Assembly: GCA_963514005.1 (NCBI GenBank)
Contig: OY740787.1
Location: 34,410,001 to 34,474,000, forward strand
Source: Raja brachyura
Lineage: Eukaryota
DNA: 64,000 bases
Direction of reading: 5' to 3'
Shown in pieces: positions 60,851 through 64,000 of this stretch. The translations under genes were made by a program, and so were the position numbers. Position 1 is the stretch's first letter; each line of letters begins with the position of its first letter. Below the pieces are notes generated by a model. That model had not been told where the DNA came from. It saw nothing but the letters and a program-made list of their open reading frames with translations, and made no database searches.

Positions 60851-63231
60851 TGAATACTCCCATTTACGCTGTATTCCATGGGGAATTCCCAATGATGTAA
60901 CCATCTCTCCAAAGGATCTTTCAATCAGAAACACAAATCACTACCAACTACAACATTTACAGGAAAAGCTGGAGTAACTCAGCGGGTCAGGCAGTATCTC
61001 CGGAGAAAAGGAATAGGTGATGTTTCAGGTTGAGACTCAAGCTTTTTGTGTCTCTCTTTGGTTTAATCTGCAGTTCCTTCCTACATAACATTTACAGTAT
61101 TAATACAATTGAATCAATTGTGAAAAGCATCAAATACTCGCATTGAAAAAGCCAAAAATCAACCTGCAGTCAAATGGTATGGACCCTACGAATGGTGTTG
61201 GTATAGAGTGCGTCTGTTGCTGAACATGTGTTCAATTGAGAGTTCAAGCAGACTTTAGTTGTAGAGGTGAGATTCAAAACAGCAGCTTGTGTCAAATCAG
61301 TGTTACGTGTTGATTGATGTCACAATTTATATGTTCTGCATACTTTGTGTGTGGGTGCACTTCATATATTTATATCATCACTCAAAGTATTCTACTGTCA
61401 AGGCTCTTACTTCCTCTGTAACTTGTATAAGTAAAATATAAGGGTGTTTGATTATACATACATTTCCATTTTTTCATCTGCGGGCCTCCCAGTTCACTGT
61501 TAATTAACAAGATACTACATACATTGCAAAGTCTCACAAGCATGGAGGCAAGGAAAAAGAATATCTTATAGCTTAAATCTCAGATAAATTTAAATTTGGC
61601 ATGGGTATGGCCAACTGAATTGCTTTCCGTTTTTTTGTCAAAACACAGATTTTAATAAAAGCACATTTCACATTATCATAAATTTGAGGTACTTGCTCTT
61701 CTCAGTGTCAAAGTAGCTAACTGCACAAAAAATCTAACAAGGTTTTTTTTGAAGTATGTAATGCCATTGATGTAGGTCCCAGATTCTGGGACATTTTAAT
61801 GTGATTCATTAATGAGTTAATGAACCTTGAGACATCTAAAGCAGAAGGCATATGGCTTGAGATTCATTATAGCCAAGCATTTATGCTAAGGATCAACCAC
61901 AGTAAGAATGGGGAAATAAAAGTAACCCATCAAGCATGACCTTTTCAATGTCATGCACTTCCCATACTAAGTGGTTAGCCTATCAACTTTATATTATTCT
62001 GTAGATAATCACATAATCTTTACTGAAAAATATATGCAAAAATCTTTAAAATGAGTTTTTAAAGATGACAATGATACAAATATAATATTTAACATTGATT
62101 AACTTATTTTAGAGATAAGAATTTGGAATTTTACATATCTATCAAATGTTTCATTTACAGTCCATTTGCCTGATACTTAAAGTTACATTTTTTTGTTATA
62201 TTATAACAAGGAATTGCTTCTAAAAAACCCCGAATAAAGTAGATTCATACTTCGGTGTAAAGATGTTATAAATAAATACAATCTAAATTCACATTTTGCT
62301 TGATTAAATCCTGCATTTACATTTAGAGCTAAGGCTGCGAAGAGGAAATGAGTAACGTGGAGCAAAAAAATAAAGTGCTGGAGGAACTCAGTGGGTCAGG
62401 CAGCATTTGTGGAGGGAAATGGACAGATGTTTCTTCGGGATGGTGTCCCTTCTCCAGTCTAATCTAGATGCGATCCTTGGCTCACAAATCTGAAGCCTAA
62501 GATAACAGATTAACAGAGAAAGATTGTGGTGTTTGAGAATGTGGATTGGATTGTGAGGGGACTCGAACTCACTAGGAGGTTATGATCAGTGCAGAACAGG
62601 TATCAATACATCAAACATATGAATATATGTGAGAGGGTTGTTATGTATTTCAAATGAATGACCGAATAGATAAACTGACAGCATTTGCAGTTGGTATGGA
62701 ATGGTGGTTGATGGTTGTCAGGGGAAGCAGGCATTTTGGGGATAAATTGTTTCTTGTGTGACTTCCTGAGGCTGGCTGGCTGGCTGAAACACTGCTGTTT
62801 CTTCAGACCTTTAGCTGTGCAGTAAAAGTACATCCCATGGATTCATACCTTCTTGCTTCCCAGGTCTTTTGTCGTTAAATAGTAAAATGACCATTAAAAA
62901 AAGGAAAGCTCCTTAGAAAAGGTAAATGAGTAGCATAGTTTCTGCTAGAAAATTATTTGCACACCCCTCTCTAAACATTGGGCATGGATGAGCTTGAGGG
63001 TGGATTTGTTCCTGTTCTAGAAGTTTGGTTCTTTCATCCTGGACATAACCCTAACACACACATATACATATACATATGTTGTGTGTTAGGGATATACATA
63101 CACATACATATATATGGCCAAAAGGCTCTGAAAAGTTTGTGCATGCCCATGTTTTTTTAACTAATAAGTATAACAAGCAGAGATTACATATTGATGGAAG
63201 GTAGGACATATTACTTCATGGGTGTACGACT

Positions 63232-63990
63232 TAACATAGAAAATAGGTGCAGGAGTAAGCCACTTGGCCCTTCGAGCCAGCACCGTCATTCAATATGATC
63301 ATGGCTGATCATCCAAAATCAGTAATCCGTTCTGGCTTTTTTCCCCTTAAGAGTTAAATCTAACTCTTGAAAACATCCAGTGAATTGGCCTCCACTGCCT
63401 TCTGTGGCAGTGAATGCCACAGATTCAACAATCCTGGGTGAAAAAGTTTTTGCTTATCTCTGTCCTAAATGTGTGACCCCTGGTTCTGGACTCCCCCAAC
63501 ATCCGGTACATTTTTCCTGCATCTACCCCGTCCAATCTTCTAAGAATTATATATGTTTCTATAAGATCCTCTCTGATCATTCTAAATTCCAGCAAACACA
63601 TGCCCAATCGACCCATTCTTTCATCATACGTCAGTTCTGCCATCCCGGGAATTAACCTGGTGAACCTACGCTACACTCCCTCAATAGCAACAATGTCCTT
63701 CCTCAAATTAGGAGACCAAAATTGCACAAAATATTCCTCCTTGCTCCTAAAGTCAAATCCTCTTGCAATGAGGGCCAACATGCCATTGGCTTTCTTCACT
63801 GCCTGGTCACTTCACTGCAGGATTACTTTCAGTGACTGATGTACAATCTTGCCACCAAAGTGGATAACCTCACATTTATCCACATTATACTGCCTCTGCC
63901 ATGCTTCTGCTCACTCACCCAACCTATCTGTCACCCTGCAGCCTCATAGCATCTTCCTTGCAGCTCACACCGACACACAGCTTTGTGACA
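63232..63990 (-). mobile_element. CR1 LINE 3' fragment
   Basis: catagaaaataggtgcaggagta tail; EDLIETY.IL..LD.VDAG.M..MLGESRTRGH. Confidence 0.88.
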
Positions 63991-64000
63991 TTGTGAAAAA

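Noticed and set aside
62603-62833. 76-aa minus-strand ORF / possible exon
   Set aside because: No recognisable domain, and the length is within chance expectation.

Overview
Eukaryotic, repeat-dense DNA, most likely from a cartilaginous fish such as a skate. That assignment is inferred from the mix of CR1 LINEs with (CTATGTTT)n tails, HE1-like tRNA SINEs and Penelope derivatives. I could not support any host protein-coding gene, so this looks like a large intron or intergenic region. The main elements are: (1) an apparently intact, recently inserted DIRS1-type tyrosine-recombinase retrotransposon (3422-8740) with gag, RT-RNaseH-MTase and YR ORFs, perfect ITR/ICR structure and an ATT crossover core, sitting inside a CR1 LINE; (2) a decayed Gypsy LTR element (32518-36593, ATCAA TSD) nested in a Penelope element; (3) many short Penelope-derived inserts carrying a minimal hammerhead-ribozyme motif, often as inverted pairs with 12-16 bp TSDs; (4) Harbinger-type MITEs, non-autonomous Helitrons, Vingi- and Rex1-like LINE fragments, a hAT/DUF659-like transposase relic and tandem repeats. 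The most unusual signal is an identical 13-nt motif (CCACGGAGGTGAG) that opens both DIRS ORF1 and ORF2. It combines a Kozak-context ACG with a splice-donor consensus, and the donor would splice in frame to an acceptor at the start of the recombinase ORF.
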